DNA from: Acidobacteriota bacterium
GTDB lineage: Bacteria > Acidobacteriota > UBA6911 > RPQK01 > JAJDTT01
DNA length: 64,000 bases
Assembly (NCBI GenBank): GCA_965217775.1
Contig: CBDCJH010000002.1
Coordinates: forward strand, 3,008,001 to 3,072,000
Direction: 5' to 3'
The first letter of the stretch is position 1. Every line of letters begins with the position of its first letter. Positions 1-8,888 of the stretch are shown here, in pieces. A program made the translations under genes and the position numbers. Below the pieces are notes generated by a model. The model searched no databases and was not told the origin of the DNA. It saw only the letters and a program-made list of their open reading frames with translations.

Positions 1-698
1 ACATACTTCCCCTCGGATTCGGACCAGAAAATGGATTGAATGCCGTCGAAGCCGTTGGGGAGCGTGGTGATGAAGACCGGGTCCTCCTGAACCTTCCGGA
101 AATCCAACCCGTCGGAGGACTCGTACAGGAACAGGTCCACGTACTTCCTCCCGTCCAGGGGATGCTCGTTCTTCCACTCGGGCCGGTCCCGGTACCGGGA
201 GCTGGTGGCCTTGATGCGGCGGTCGGCCGGCACACCCGGCCGGTTGTCCACGAAGGGAACCAGCCGCCCCAGCATGATCACGTTGTTCTCCCGGCTGCCG
301 TCCACCTCCACCAGTCCCAGATTCGGCTTCTCCCAATGGATACCGTCCCGGCTCCTGGCGTAGCTGATGGCGCGGCGGAATCTCCGCTCCGACGGCAGGG
401 TGGTCCGGGCCAGGTAGAAGAGGTGGTAGAGCCCCCCCTCCTGAAAGACCTTGTAGCCGTAGTTGAACTCATTTTCCCACGGACGGTCGATGCGGATCAC
501 CTGCTCGGCGGGTTGCGGCTCATGCAACTGCAGTCGAACCCCCTGCAGGCGGTCGATCAGATAATGGTCCACGAAGAGCTCCCGGCGAGAACCGATCTCC
601 CGGGGAAGAGAGTCATTGCTCGACCCCGCCCACACGACACTCGGCGCCACAAGACTGAGCCCCAGCAATAGAAATCCCAGGAAACGAAACGATCTCAT
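1..698 (-). CDS. Secreted beta-propeller glycoside hydrolase-like protein (GH32/43/130-clan-like), 3' end outside the window; paralog of 1789-4869
   Basis: Not in the ORF track; hand translation from ATG 698 (GGAGG RBS upstream) gives MRSFRFLGFLLLGLSLVAPSVVWAG...EIGSRRELFVDHYLIDRLQGVRLQLH...ISYARSRDGIHWEKPNLGLVE, matching the motifs of the two downstream paralogs. Confidence 0.8.
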   Translation of the reverse strand, partial: MRSFRFLGFLLLGLSLVAPSVVWAGSSNDSLPREIGSRRELFVDHYLIDRLQGVRLQLHEPQPAEQVIRIDRPWENEFNYGYKVFQEGGLYHLFYLARTTLPSERRFRRAISYARSRDGIHWEKPNLGLVEVDGSRENNVIMLGRLVPFVDNRPGVPADRRIKATSSRYRDRPEWKNEHPLDGRKYVDLFLYESSDGLDFRKVQEDPVFITTLPNGFDGIQSIFWSESEGKY

Positions 699-1035
699 CC
701 GGTTATCCTCCCGCGGACAGAATGCATGCTGCAAAGATTCTTGGCAACTCTCCCGACTCGGCGCCGATTCCCAGCTCCATCGGAGGCGAAACAAAAAGCG
801 TCCTGGTGTATTGTCCCGGAAATACGAGTAGACAAGCGTTCCAACTTGTCGAGCATGGATTGGCCCGTGGCCAGACCCAGTCCTGCCGACATGGAGTTGA
901 ATCCTCTTCCCGCCCCGTCCATTCGAGCGGTTCCAGTGCTTGTTCCCGCCTCCGCAAGCGCTCGATCATTGTGGGCTATTCCGTAACCAGGTCTTGATTC
1001 TCTTTCGGACCACCGTCGCCGGTGATGGCGGCTGT

Positions 1036-1058
1036 AGTGTAACATTCAATGTTACACT
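1036..1058. promoter_or_regulatory. Perfect palindrome, probable HigA operator overlapping the higBA promoter
   Basis: AGTGTAACATT-C-AATGTTACACT, 11-bp arms; contains TACACT (-10-like) 6 nt before the GTG at 1065. Confidence 0.75.
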
Positions 1059-1064
1059 TCTCTT

Positions 1065-1343
1065 GTGATCAAGGGGTTCGCTTCCAAGGTTCTCAGGAGG
1101 GCATTTGAAGACGGAAACTACCGGAGGATCAACCCCCAATGGAGGGCCAGGGTTGAACTTCTTCTGGACGCATTGGACGCCGCGGAGAAAGTGGAGGACT
1201 TGAACCTCCTGACGCTCGGCACCCACCCACTGAAGGACAATCGAAAGGGTGAGTGGGCAATGACCGTGACGAAGAACTGGAGGATTACCTTCAGATTCGA
1301 TGCGGGAGACGCCGTCAAGGTAGACCTGGAAGACTATCACTAG
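1065..1343 (+). CDS. higB: HigB-type (RelE/ParE superfamily) toxin
   Basis: MIKGF start, HPLKDNRKGEWAMTVTKNWRITFRF, C-terminal VDLEDYH. Confidence 0.92.
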   Translation: MIKGFASKVLRRAFEDGNYRRINPQWRARVELLLDALDAAEKVEDLNLLTLGTHPLKDNRKGEWAMTVTKNWRITFRFDAGDAVKVDLEDYH

Positions 1344-1358
1344 AACGGAGGGCGGGAC

Positions 1359-1661
1359 ATGGCTAGAAATCTGGAAACGCGACCGACACATCCAGGCAGG
1401 TTGCTACGGAGCGAGATCGAGGCTCGGAAACTCAATCAGAAGCAGGTGGCGGATCTTGTCGGTGTCGGGCGCAGGACCATTAACGAGATTTGCCAAGGAC
1501 GAAGACCAATGACCATCGACATGGCGCACCGGATCGGGAAGCTCTTCGGCAATGGTCCGACGCTCTGGGTCAACATGCAGAAGGCGATTGACATGTGGGA
1601 CGCTGAGCGCGAGCACTCAACAGACTACGCAAAGATTCAGACCTTGGAGATAGCCCGATAA
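1359..1661 (+). CDS. higA: HigA family antitoxin (HTH-XRE)
   Basis: PTHPGRLL, HTH, MAHRIGKLFGNGPTLWVNMQ; toxin-first order. Confidence 0.92.
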   Translation: MARNLETRPTHPGRLLRSEIEARKLNQKQVADLVGVGRRTINEICQGRRPMTIDMAHRIGKLFGNGPTLWVNMQKAIDMWDAEREHSTDYAKIQTLEIAR

Positions 1662-1788
1662 AGCTGCCTATCGTGCGGTAGATGGAAGCAGTGGATGGTT
1701 AATCCTTCGTTTCAGCGGACTTTCACCGCCTATCTTGTGCCAGTTAGCCTGGCGCACAGTCGCCGCTCCTTCCAGGCCGATCCTCTGC

Positions 1789-3309
1789 TCAGTCGGTGGC
1801 AAAGCGAAAAGCGTACAGGTCGGCGTCCTTGAGGACGAACCGGATCCGGACCGGCTTCCCGGCCAGTGAGCTGACGTCACGGTTCCCCTTCCAAGTCACC
1901 AAACCTTCGATCTGATCTCCGAAAACTTCATCCGCATCCGCTTGGCTGAAACCCTCCAGCGGCTTGCCGTCCGCGTCCTGGAGCTCGACCCAGATCCCGC
2001 CGCTGCCCGAGGTGGAATAGTTGAGGCGTAGCCGATTGCCTTCGAAGCGAAGCGGACGGGTCACCATCTCTCCACCGGCCAAAGGCGCCTGCACGGAGAC
2101 GAATCCGTCCATTCTCAGCGAATAGCGGCGCACGTTCAGGCTCCGGCCCATCCAGTACCCTTCCACCACGTAGATGGAGAGTTCTTCGGGGGATCCGATC
2201 CGGTCGGAGCGGGTCTGGACGATTCCCCAGGCGATGCTGTTGTCCCCGTAGACCCAACTGTCGGTCCGGGCAAGGCCGGGTCGAATGAAGGCCTCTCCCC
2301 AACGTTTGAAGTGGAGCCTGTCCCGGCCCGTCATCAGGAGCGAATCGGTCACGGCCGTCCCGTAGCGCTGGGAGACCTTCGACCTGTGCTCCCGGGCTTC
2401 CCGCCCCGGAAGGCGCCAAGTCGCTTCGGTCGAGCCCCGGTCCTTGTAGCGCATGGGAAAGCCCACCAGGATGTGGGGCGCCCGGTAGTAGGGGCGCAGT
2501 TGATTGGTGTAGAGATGTTCCCTGGGAGCCCCCGGATACTCGCACCAGACCGGGTCCGTCCAATTGAGGAAATCGGGAGAGGTGGCGGTCAGGATGTCCC
2601 TGACCCTCTGGTTGAACCCGCGGAAGTAAGCCCGGTACTCTCGCCGCACCGGGTCCCAGAAGGCCAGGTTCTGCGAATCGAAGGCCCCTTCGGAGATGAC
2701 TACCCGGTCCGACATGGGCGTGAAGCGGAGTCCGTCCGCCGACTTGAGCGCCAGCAGGCCCTTTTCGCCGTTGGACCGGATGATCATCTTGTAGCGGGCG
2801 TCCTCGGGGCAGTCGGGACTGTCGTCCTTGAAGATGGCGGCGTGGCCCGGGTCGGCTTCGACCGAGCTCAGCGTCGTCTGGGAGAGGATGATGTTGTTGT
2901 CCGTGCTGCCCTGGAACTCCACCAGACCCAGCTTCGGTTTCCGGAAGTGGATGCCGTCGCTGCTCTCGGCATAGCACATGTACGGGCGGTGGGGATAGGT
3001 CTGCCCTGTCTCCGTCACCTCGTACTGATAGGCGCCATAGTACATCCGGTAGCGCATCCGGTTTGGGGTTCCATCCTGGAACACGGTGCGGTAATGGCAG
3101 GCGTTTCCTTCCCAAGCCTCATCGGTCACCAGCGCCACGTTTCTCCGGACAGGCCGGTGGAGCTGCAGCCGGGCTCCTCCCGACATGCGGTCGATGAGAT
3201 GTTCATCCACCATGAGCTCGAGACGCGACCCCACGTCCGCGACCCCCTCGGAGGCGCCCATGACGGCGGCTCCCATACCGAGCACCAGCAAGATCATGAA
3301 TAGCGACAT
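1789..3309 (-). CDS. Secreted beta-propeller glycoside hydrolase-like protein with C-terminal beta-sandwich, copy A
   Basis: Signal peptide from ATG 3309; motifs CYAESSDGIHF, GAFDSQNLAFWD, YSLRMDGFVS, DADLYAFRF. Confidence 0.8.
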   Translation of the reverse strand: MSLFMILLVLGMGAAVMGASEGVADVGSRLELMVDEHLIDRMSGGARLQLHRPVRRNVALVTDEAWEGNACHYRTVFQDGTPNRMRYRMYYGAYQYEVTETGQTYPHRPYMCYAESSDGIHFRKPKLGLVEFQGSTDNNIILSQTTLSSVEADPGHAAIFKDDSPDCPEDARYKMIIRSNGEKGLLALKSADGLRFTPMSDRVVISEGAFDSQNLAFWDPVRREYRAYFRGFNQRVRDILTATSPDFLNWTDPVWCEYPGAPREHLYTNQLRPYYRAPHILVGFPMRYKDRGSTEATWRLPGREAREHRSKVSQRYGTAVTDSLLMTGRDRLHFKRWGEAFIRPGLARTDSWVYGDNSIAWGIVQTRSDRIGSPEELSIYVVEGYWMGRSLNVRRYSLRMDGFVSVQAPLAGGEMVTRPLRFEGNRLRLNYSTSGSGGIWVELQDADGKPLEGFSQADADEVFGDQIEGLVTWKGNRDVSSLAGKPVRIRFVLKDADLYAFRFATD

Positions 3310-3360
3310 TTCCCAATTCCTCCCTGAATTCCCCGACCCGAATGCCCGCATTCCCATCAG

Positions 3361-4869
3361 TCAGTCGGCGGCAAAGCGAAAAGCAAACAGGTCGGCGTCC
3401 TTGAGAACGAACCGAATCCGGACCGCCTTCCCGGCCAGCGAGCTGACCTCACGGTTCCCCTTCCAGGTCACCACGCCCTCAATCTGGTCTCCGAAGACCT
3501 CATCCGCATCCGCTTGGCTGAAACCTTCGAACGGCATGCCGTCCGCGTCCTGGAGCTCGACCCAGATTCCGCCGCTGCCCGAGGTGGAATAGTTGAGGCG
3601 CAGCCGATTGCCGTCGAAGCGAAGCGGACGGGTCACCACCTCTCCACCGGCCAGGGGTGCTTGCGCGGAGACGAATCCGTCCATTCTCAGGGAATAGCGG
3701 CGCACATTTATGCTTCGCCCCATCCAGTACCCTTCCACCACGTAGATGGAGAGCTCATCGGGAGAACCGAGCCGGTCGGAGCGGGTCTGGACGATTCCCC
3801 AGGCGATGCAGTTGTCCCCGTAGACCCAACTGTCGGTCCGGGCGGGCCCGGGTCGAATGAAGGCCTCTCCCCAACGCTTGAAGTGGAGCCGGTCCCGGCC
3901 CGTCATCAGGAGAGCGTCGCTCACGGCCGTCCCGTAGCGTTGGGAGACCTTCGCCCGGTGCTCCCGAGCTTCCCGGCCCGGCAGGCGCCAAGTCGCTTCG
4001 GTGGGGCCCCGATCCTTGTAGCGCATGGGAAAGCCCACCAGGATGTGGGGCGCCCGGTGGTAGGGGCGCAACTGGTTGGTGTAGAGATGCTCCGTGGGTG
4101 CCCCCGGATACTCGCACCAGACCGGGTCCGTCCAGGTGAGGAAATCGGAAGAAATGGCCGTCAGGATGTCCCTGACCTTCTGGCGGAACCCTCGGAAGTA
4201 GGCCCGGTACTCTCGCCGCACCGGGTCCCAGAAGGCCAGGTTCTGCGAATCGAAGGCCCCTTCGGAGATCACCACCCGGTCCGACATGGGGGTGAAGCGA
4301 AGTCCATCCGGCGACTTGAGCGCCAGCAGGCCCTTCTCGCCGTTGGACCGGATGATCATCTTGTAGCGGGCGTCCTCGGGGCAGTCGGGATTGTCGTCAA
4401 TGAAGATGGCGGCGTGGCCGGGGTCGGCTTCGACCGAGCTCAGCGTCGTCTCGGAGAGGACGATGTTGTTGTCTGTGCTGCCTCGGAACTCCACCAGTCC
4501 CAGCTTCGGTTTCCGGAAGCGGATGCCGTCGCTGCTCTCGGCATAGCAGAGATACTGGCGGTGGGGGTAAGTCTGTCCCGTCTCCGTCGTTTCGTAGTGC
4601 CAAGTGCCATAGTACATCCGGTAGGCGCTTCCATCCTGCAACACCGTGCGGTAGAAGGAGGCGTTGCCCTCCCAGGGCTCGCCGGTTACCAGCGCCACGT
4701 TCCGCCGGACCGGCCGGTGGAGCTGCAGCCGGGCTCCTCCCGACATGCGGTCGATGAGATGTTCATCCACCATGAGCTCAAGACGCGAACCCACATCGAT
4801 GGCTTCCGCGGAGGCGCCCATCACGGCGGCTCCCATGCCGAGCACGAGCAAGATCACGAATAGCAACAT
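3361..4869 (-). CDS. Secreted beta-propeller glycoside hydrolase-like protein, copy B (tandem duplicate)
   Basis: Near-identical to copy A along its length; signal peptide from ATG 4869. Confidence 0.8.
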   Translation of the reverse strand: MLLFVILLVLGMGAAVMGASAEAIDVGSRLELMVDEHLIDRMSGGARLQLHRPVRRNVALVTGEPWEGNASFYRTVLQDGSAYRMYYGTWHYETTETGQTYPHRQYLCYAESSDGIRFRKPKLGLVEFRGSTDNNIVLSETTLSSVEADPGHAAIFIDDNPDCPEDARYKMIIRSNGEKGLLALKSPDGLRFTPMSDRVVISEGAFDSQNLAFWDPVRREYRAYFRGFRQKVRDILTAISSDFLTWTDPVWCEYPGAPTEHLYTNQLRPYHRAPHILVGFPMRYKDRGPTEATWRLPGREAREHRAKVSQRYGTAVSDALLMTGRDRLHFKRWGEAFIRPGPARTDSWVYGDNCIAWGIVQTRSDRLGSPDELSIYVVEGYWMGRSINVRRYSLRMDGFVSAQAPLAGGEVVTRPLRFDGNRLRLNYSTSGSGGIWVELQDADGMPFEGFSQADADEVFGDQIEGVVTWKGNREVSSLAGKAVRIRFVLKDADLFAFRFAAD

Positions 4870-4915
4870 TTCCGAATCCGTCCCTGAATTCCTCGGCCCG
4901 AACACCGGCACCTCA

Positions 4916-5908
4916 TCAGGAGGATGCACGGCAACTTTCGATATTCCCCGAGCGGCAAGCCCTCCGCACCGCGTCCATCACGGCCATGTTCTCGACACCC
5001 GTCTCGATCCTGGCGTCCGCTGCGCCGCCGCAGGCGGCGACGAAGGCGTCGACCTCGTCGGCGTACTGGTTGACGCCCGGGACCCGATGCTGCCGGTTCT
5101 TGCCATCCTGGTCGATAACCGTCACCAGGACCCGCTTTCGAGCTGCCGGCACGTAGCCCTGGGGCGCCCTGATGATCCCCCGGTCCCCGTAGACGGTGTA
5201 GCCCTGCTCCCGGGGAAGATGGGTCCCACAGGTGACGGTGGCCACGGGGCCGCCGTCGAACCGCAGGGTGAAGTGGCAGAACTCGTCGACTCCGGTCTCG
5301 GCCCCCAGCCTCCAATTTCCGGAAACGGAACGAGGTTCCGCCCCAAGGATGTACCGGGCGCTGTTGATCCCGTAGCAACCCACGTCGTAGAGGCCTCCCC
5401 CTCCGGTCTCACGCTTCAGGCGAATGTTGTTCAAATCGTCCATGAAGTAGTGGAAGTGGGTTTCGAACAGGAAAACCCGTCCGATGGCGCCCTTCCGGAT
5501 GAGCTCCTTCACCAGGGCATGCTGGGGATGGAAGCGGTACATGAACCCCTCCATCAGCACCCGGCCGGCCGCTCGGGCGGCCGCCTCCATCTCCCGGGCT
5601 TCCGCCAGATCCATCCCCAGCGGCTTGTCGCAAAGGACATGCTTGCCGTGGGCCAACGCCTTCAGGGTCCACTCCTTGTGGAGATGGTTGGGAAGACCGA
5701 TGTAGACACCGTCGATGCCGGGGTCCTCCAGTAGCTGCCGGTAACTCGAATAGCAGCGGTCGACGCCGTGCTTGGCGGAGAGGGCTTGCGCCTTCTCCCG
5801 GGAGCTGGTCCCCAGAGCCGTCAATTCCGCCGTCTTGGCTTGGCGAATCCCGGGAATCATGGCCTTGGTGGATATCATCCCCACTCCGATGATGGCCATT
5901 CTGTACAT
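4916..5908 (-). CDS. Gfo/Idh/MocA family oxidoreductase
   Basis: IIGVGMIS Rossmann motif, HVLCDKPL, GGGLYDVGCY. Confidence 0.9.
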   Translation of the reverse strand: MYRMAIIGVGMISTKAMIPGIRQAKTAELTALGTSSREKAQALSAKHGVDRCYSSYRQLLEDPGIDGVYIGLPNHLHKEWTLKALAHGKHVLCDKPLGMDLAEAREMEAAARAAGRVLMEGFMYRFHPQHALVKELIRKGAIGRVFLFETHFHYFMDDLNNIRLKRETGGGGLYDVGCYGINSARYILGAEPRSVSGNWRLGAETGVDEFCHFTLRFDGGPVATVTCGTHLPREQGYTVYGDRGIIRAPQGYVPAARKRVLVTVIDQDGKNRQHRVPGVNQYADEVDAFVAACGGAADARIETGVENMAVMDAVRRACRSGNIESCRASS

Positions 5909-5926
5909 GTTACGTCTTCCTCCGCG

Positions 5927-7213
5927 TCATCCTTGGACAGTCCGTGGGCTGTTGAGCCATTCCAGATTGAAACGGGCGATGCTGATCCGCTCGCACCAGC
6001 GCCGGCGATGGTCCAAGCGCGAAAAGCTACCGTACCATTCGGCGAGCTTGGACTCGGGCCAGTCGAGGCTGTCCTCATGCAGGCAGAGAATCGTCTTGTC
6101 CTCCAGCACAGCCAGATCGGAATAGGCGGACGGACCGTCATCCAACAGTTTCGACAGCGGCCAGGTCCGGCCCTCGTCATAGCTGGCCCGCAGGGTGAGC
6201 CGCTGTCTCTGCCCCTTCGTCGGATTTGAGGGATCGGGACCGGCCGGATTGGAGAAGAGGAAGATGTTCTTCCCTTCGTTCGCCCCGGTGGGGTAGCGGG
6301 TCAGTCCGGCGTGGCAAACCGTAGTGGGGAGATCGCGCGGCTGCGTCTCCTGCGGTTCGAAGCTCTCCCCTCCGTCCCGGCTCCAGGCGTGCCATCGCCA
6401 GTCGTTGTGAAAGGGGCGATTCTTGCGGAAATTGGCGTAGATACCGCCGTCCGCCGTCTCCACCACGGTGACCTCGTCCGAGCCCACCGGCAGGACTCCC
6501 CCCACCTGCCAAGTCGATCCATGGTCGTCGCTGTAGAGGACGCCTCCGCGGACACCGGGAATCTGGCCTTCTTCTCCGTCCTTGTACAGGAATCCGGGGA
6601 TCACCAACCTTCCCTTCTTCGGACCCCGTGTCAGTTGGATGCCGTGGACCGAATTGTTGGTCCAACCGATCCATCCGTCCAGGTTGGGTCGAGCCTTCTT
6701 GGGTGCCGGTTCCGACCAGGTGAGGCCCTGGTCGGTGCTCTTCGCCAGCCAGAAACGCCCGTCGGTCTTGGCGTAGGTCGGGAAGTACCTCAAGTCGTGA
6801 GGAGCCGTCGTCGGAAGCTTCCAAAAGGCGGAGAAGATCGTCCCGCTGATCCGGTCCTCGAACAGGGGACCGACAAGGCAGAAAGCCCCCCGCTCCCGGA
6901 AGAGGACTCGCTGCTTCCCCCAGTTCCGCCCACCGTCCGTGCTCCGCTGCACCAGGACATCGGTCTCGTGGCCGAAGTCGGTCATGTTGTCCCACCGCCG
7001 CTGGCAGACGGCGACGACAGACCCGCGGCTCGTCGCCAGCAGTCCAGGGAGCCGGACCCCGAAACCCTTTCCCGGGTAGAAGACCGTCGTCTTCTCGAAA
7101 AAGGGTTGTGCCGGTCCGCCGGGCAGCGACCCTGAGAACAAGCGACCGACCTTCCCCGCCGCAACGACCGCTCCGGCTCCCAGCGGCCTCAAGAAATCAC
7201 GTCGATGCATCAT
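5927..7213 (-). CDS. Tat-exported exo-alpha-sialidase (GH33, BNR repeats)
   Basis: RRDFL Tat motif, RLP (RIP-like) motif, five Asp-boxes ([40 protein letters not shown]), SAYSDL. Confidence 0.85.
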   Translation of the reverse strand: MMHRRDFLRPLGAGAVVAAGKVGRLFSGSLPGGPAQPFFEKTTVFYPGKGFGVRLPGLLATSRGSVVAVCQRRWDNMTDFGHETDVLVQRSTDGGRNWGKQRVLFRERGAFCLVGPLFEDRISGTIFSAFWKLPTTAPHDLRYFPTYAKTDGRFWLAKSTDQGLTWSEPAPKKARPNLDGWIGWTNNSVHGIQLTRGPKKGRLVIPGFLYKDGEEGQIPGVRGGVLYSDDHGSTWQVGGVLPVGSDEVTVVETADGGIYANFRKNRPFHNDWRWHAWSRDGGESFEPQETQPRDLPTTVCHAGLTRYPTGANEGKNIFLFSNPAGPDPSNPTKGQRQRLTLRASYDEGRTWPLSKLLDDGPSAYSDLAVLEDKTILCLHEDSLDWPESKLAEWYGSFSRLDHRRRWCERISIARFNLEWLNSPRTVQG

Positions 7214-7283
7214 GGGTTTTCTACCCTCCGTTTGGCGGTGCGGCCCAAGTCTACATGGAAGAAGAGGCATGAGGAACGAGAAG

Positions 7284-7390
7284 TGGAGGGGGGACTGTTA
7301 GTACCCCTCTCCTCAAGCAAAAACATGACTGTCCCCTTTTCGTGTGTGTGACTTCCCCTTTTCGTGTGTGTCCCCTTTTCGTGCGTCCCA
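7284..7390. repeat. GGAG-type REP-like element followed by three direct copies of TCCCCTTTTCGTG
   Basis: Copies at 7332, 7354 and 7371; preceded by a GGAG-Gn-ACTGTTAGTACCCCTCTCC hairpin-like sequence. Confidence 0.6.
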
Positions 7391-7462
7391 ACTATCCCTG
7401 CGGGAAGGCCCCGGAGAAGATTCCTGAAGACCTGTTGTGGCCATCCAAGGCGTCCATCCCCC

Positions 7463-7524
7463 CAACATGGTGCAACATGATCTATGCATGACCAAAGGCT
7501 ACATGTGCCACTATGGTACGCATG
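7463..7524. promoter_or_regulatory. Phased CATG array, candidate operator
   Basis: CATG at 7466, 7476, 7487, 7502 and 7521, TATG at 7512, directly upstream of the 7529 ORF. Confidence 0.4.
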
Positions 7525-7528
7525 AAGG

Positions 7529-7954
7529 ATGAAGATTCTCCGGGGCCGCTTGGATGACGACCTGGAACGCACCCTGGAATGTCTGGACTCGGAATGCGAT
7601 GTGAACGTCAGAGTCTGGGTCCGCTCCCTGCTACGCGCGGGCCTGGCTGAGCTACTGGGGCGTGCGGCTCCGGGGGTAGCTCACCTCCAGGAAACTCCAC
7701 CTGCGAAGGCGCCACCGCTTCGCAGGCGGAGTCCCTACCTACTCGAAGGCACGTATTCGGGTTCGTGCTGGATGGGCGACACTCACAAACTCCCCGAGAA
7801 CCACTTGGTTGGGCGCGCCATCGAGATCACAACCCGAGGGGAGAGACCTGGATCGAGACCGTGGTCGAGGTCCTCGAACGCCGGGCCGATTTCGTCCCGG
7901 TCCGCGACTCCGGGCGGCCTTCCGATGCTGCATGATCTATCGGTGGGAAGGTAA
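7529..7954 (+). pseudogene. Putative ribbon-helix-helix protein with a beta-rich C-terminal domain; probable frameshift near 7838-7841
   Basis: N-terminus MKILRGRLDDDLERTLECL..VNVRVWVRSLLRAGL has a strand-helix-helix pattern; after ITTRG the alternative frame reads ETWIETVVEVLERRADFVPVRDSG. Confidence 0.45.
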
Positions 7955-7988
7955 ACTGGACTGACTTGGAGGAAGCCTCCTGGGAGTC

Positions 7989-8222
7989 ATGGTAAGTGAA
8001 GTCTACGATGCCTTTGTGGACGCCGGGGCCTCGGAAGCTAAGGCTCGGGCCGCCGCCGAAGCGATCCCGATCAGTGACCAGTTGGCCACCAAACAGGACA
8101 TCGGTGATCTCAAGAGTGATATCACCGCGCTGGAGGCCAAGATGTGGAAGGCCGGCATCACCATCGCCAGCCTCGCGGTGCTGCTCAACAAGTCCCTGGA
8201 CTGGGTGATTACTGGCAAATAG
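7989..8222 (+). CDS. Small coiled-coil protein with C-terminal membrane anchor (DUF1640/CCDC90-like)
   Basis: EVYDAFVDAGASEAKARAAAEAI, LATKQDI motif, hydrophobic C-terminus; GGAG RBS. Confidence 0.7.
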   Translation: MVSEVYDAFVDAGASEAKARAAAEAIPISDQLATKQDIGDLKSDITALEAKMWKAGITIASLAVLLNKSLDWVITGK

Positions 8223-8277
8223 TTATTCCCTGGAAGCCCGTTGCGACCGTGAGCCGTTCCCGGGATCTTCGCCTCCT

Positions 8278-8724
8278 CTAATCGTCATGGATCAGTTCGT
8301 ACGAATCTTCATTCCGCCACACTTGGACCTCGAGGCCGTGGAATTGATCCCTGTCGCCGTTGATCTTCTCGTTCAGCCAGTTGAGCGCAGCACGGTGTTC
8401 GTCGCTGAAATGCTTGGCAATCCAGATGCTGATGTTGGCTTTCAACCCCGCTGAGTAGGTGATGAGCTTGCCGAGATGATCATGATCAGTCGGCTCCAGT
8501 TGATTCTCAATCACCACCGTGGCGTTAGTTTTAGCTTCCTCGCAAACAATGTCCGCCTGATAGTGACCGACTGGCTTCTCCGGCACCGGGTCTATCAGTT
8601 CCATTCCCTGTGGTCTCCTCAGCACTTCGAGGTGGGCGGCGAGCCAAGGAGTGAAATCTGCCTTTTCGTCAGGCCAAACTTCTCGGAGATCGACAGGTTC
8701 CAGGCGTCCAAATTGAGGATCCAT
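8278..8724 (-). pseudogene. Truncated DUF4268-associated PD-(D/E)XK nuclease-like protein (N-terminal domain only)
   Basis: LREVWPDEKADFTPWL, ADI, VIENQLEPTDHDHLGKLITYSAG; stops shortly after LEVQVWR, where homologues normally continue. Confidence 0.7.
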
Positions 8725-8888
8725 TCATCAACTTGACGCCCGGTCGCTCCCCTGACGTCGCCGGGCGCAGGCCGCTGGGGGGAGCTTCTTCGTCTTGACT
8801 CTTTTCTCATTTCCTCTTTCCTCTTTCCTTTCCCAAAGTGGTAGTATCTCGCGAACCGAGGCGGAGGACCGCGAGGACGGAGGACCGG

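Noticed and set aside
36-671. Plus-strand 211-aa ORF
   Set aside because: Antisense to the real minus-strand hydrolase starting at 698.
7332-7383. CRISPR array
   Set aside because: Repeats are only 13 bp with 4-9 bp between them, and no cas genes are present.
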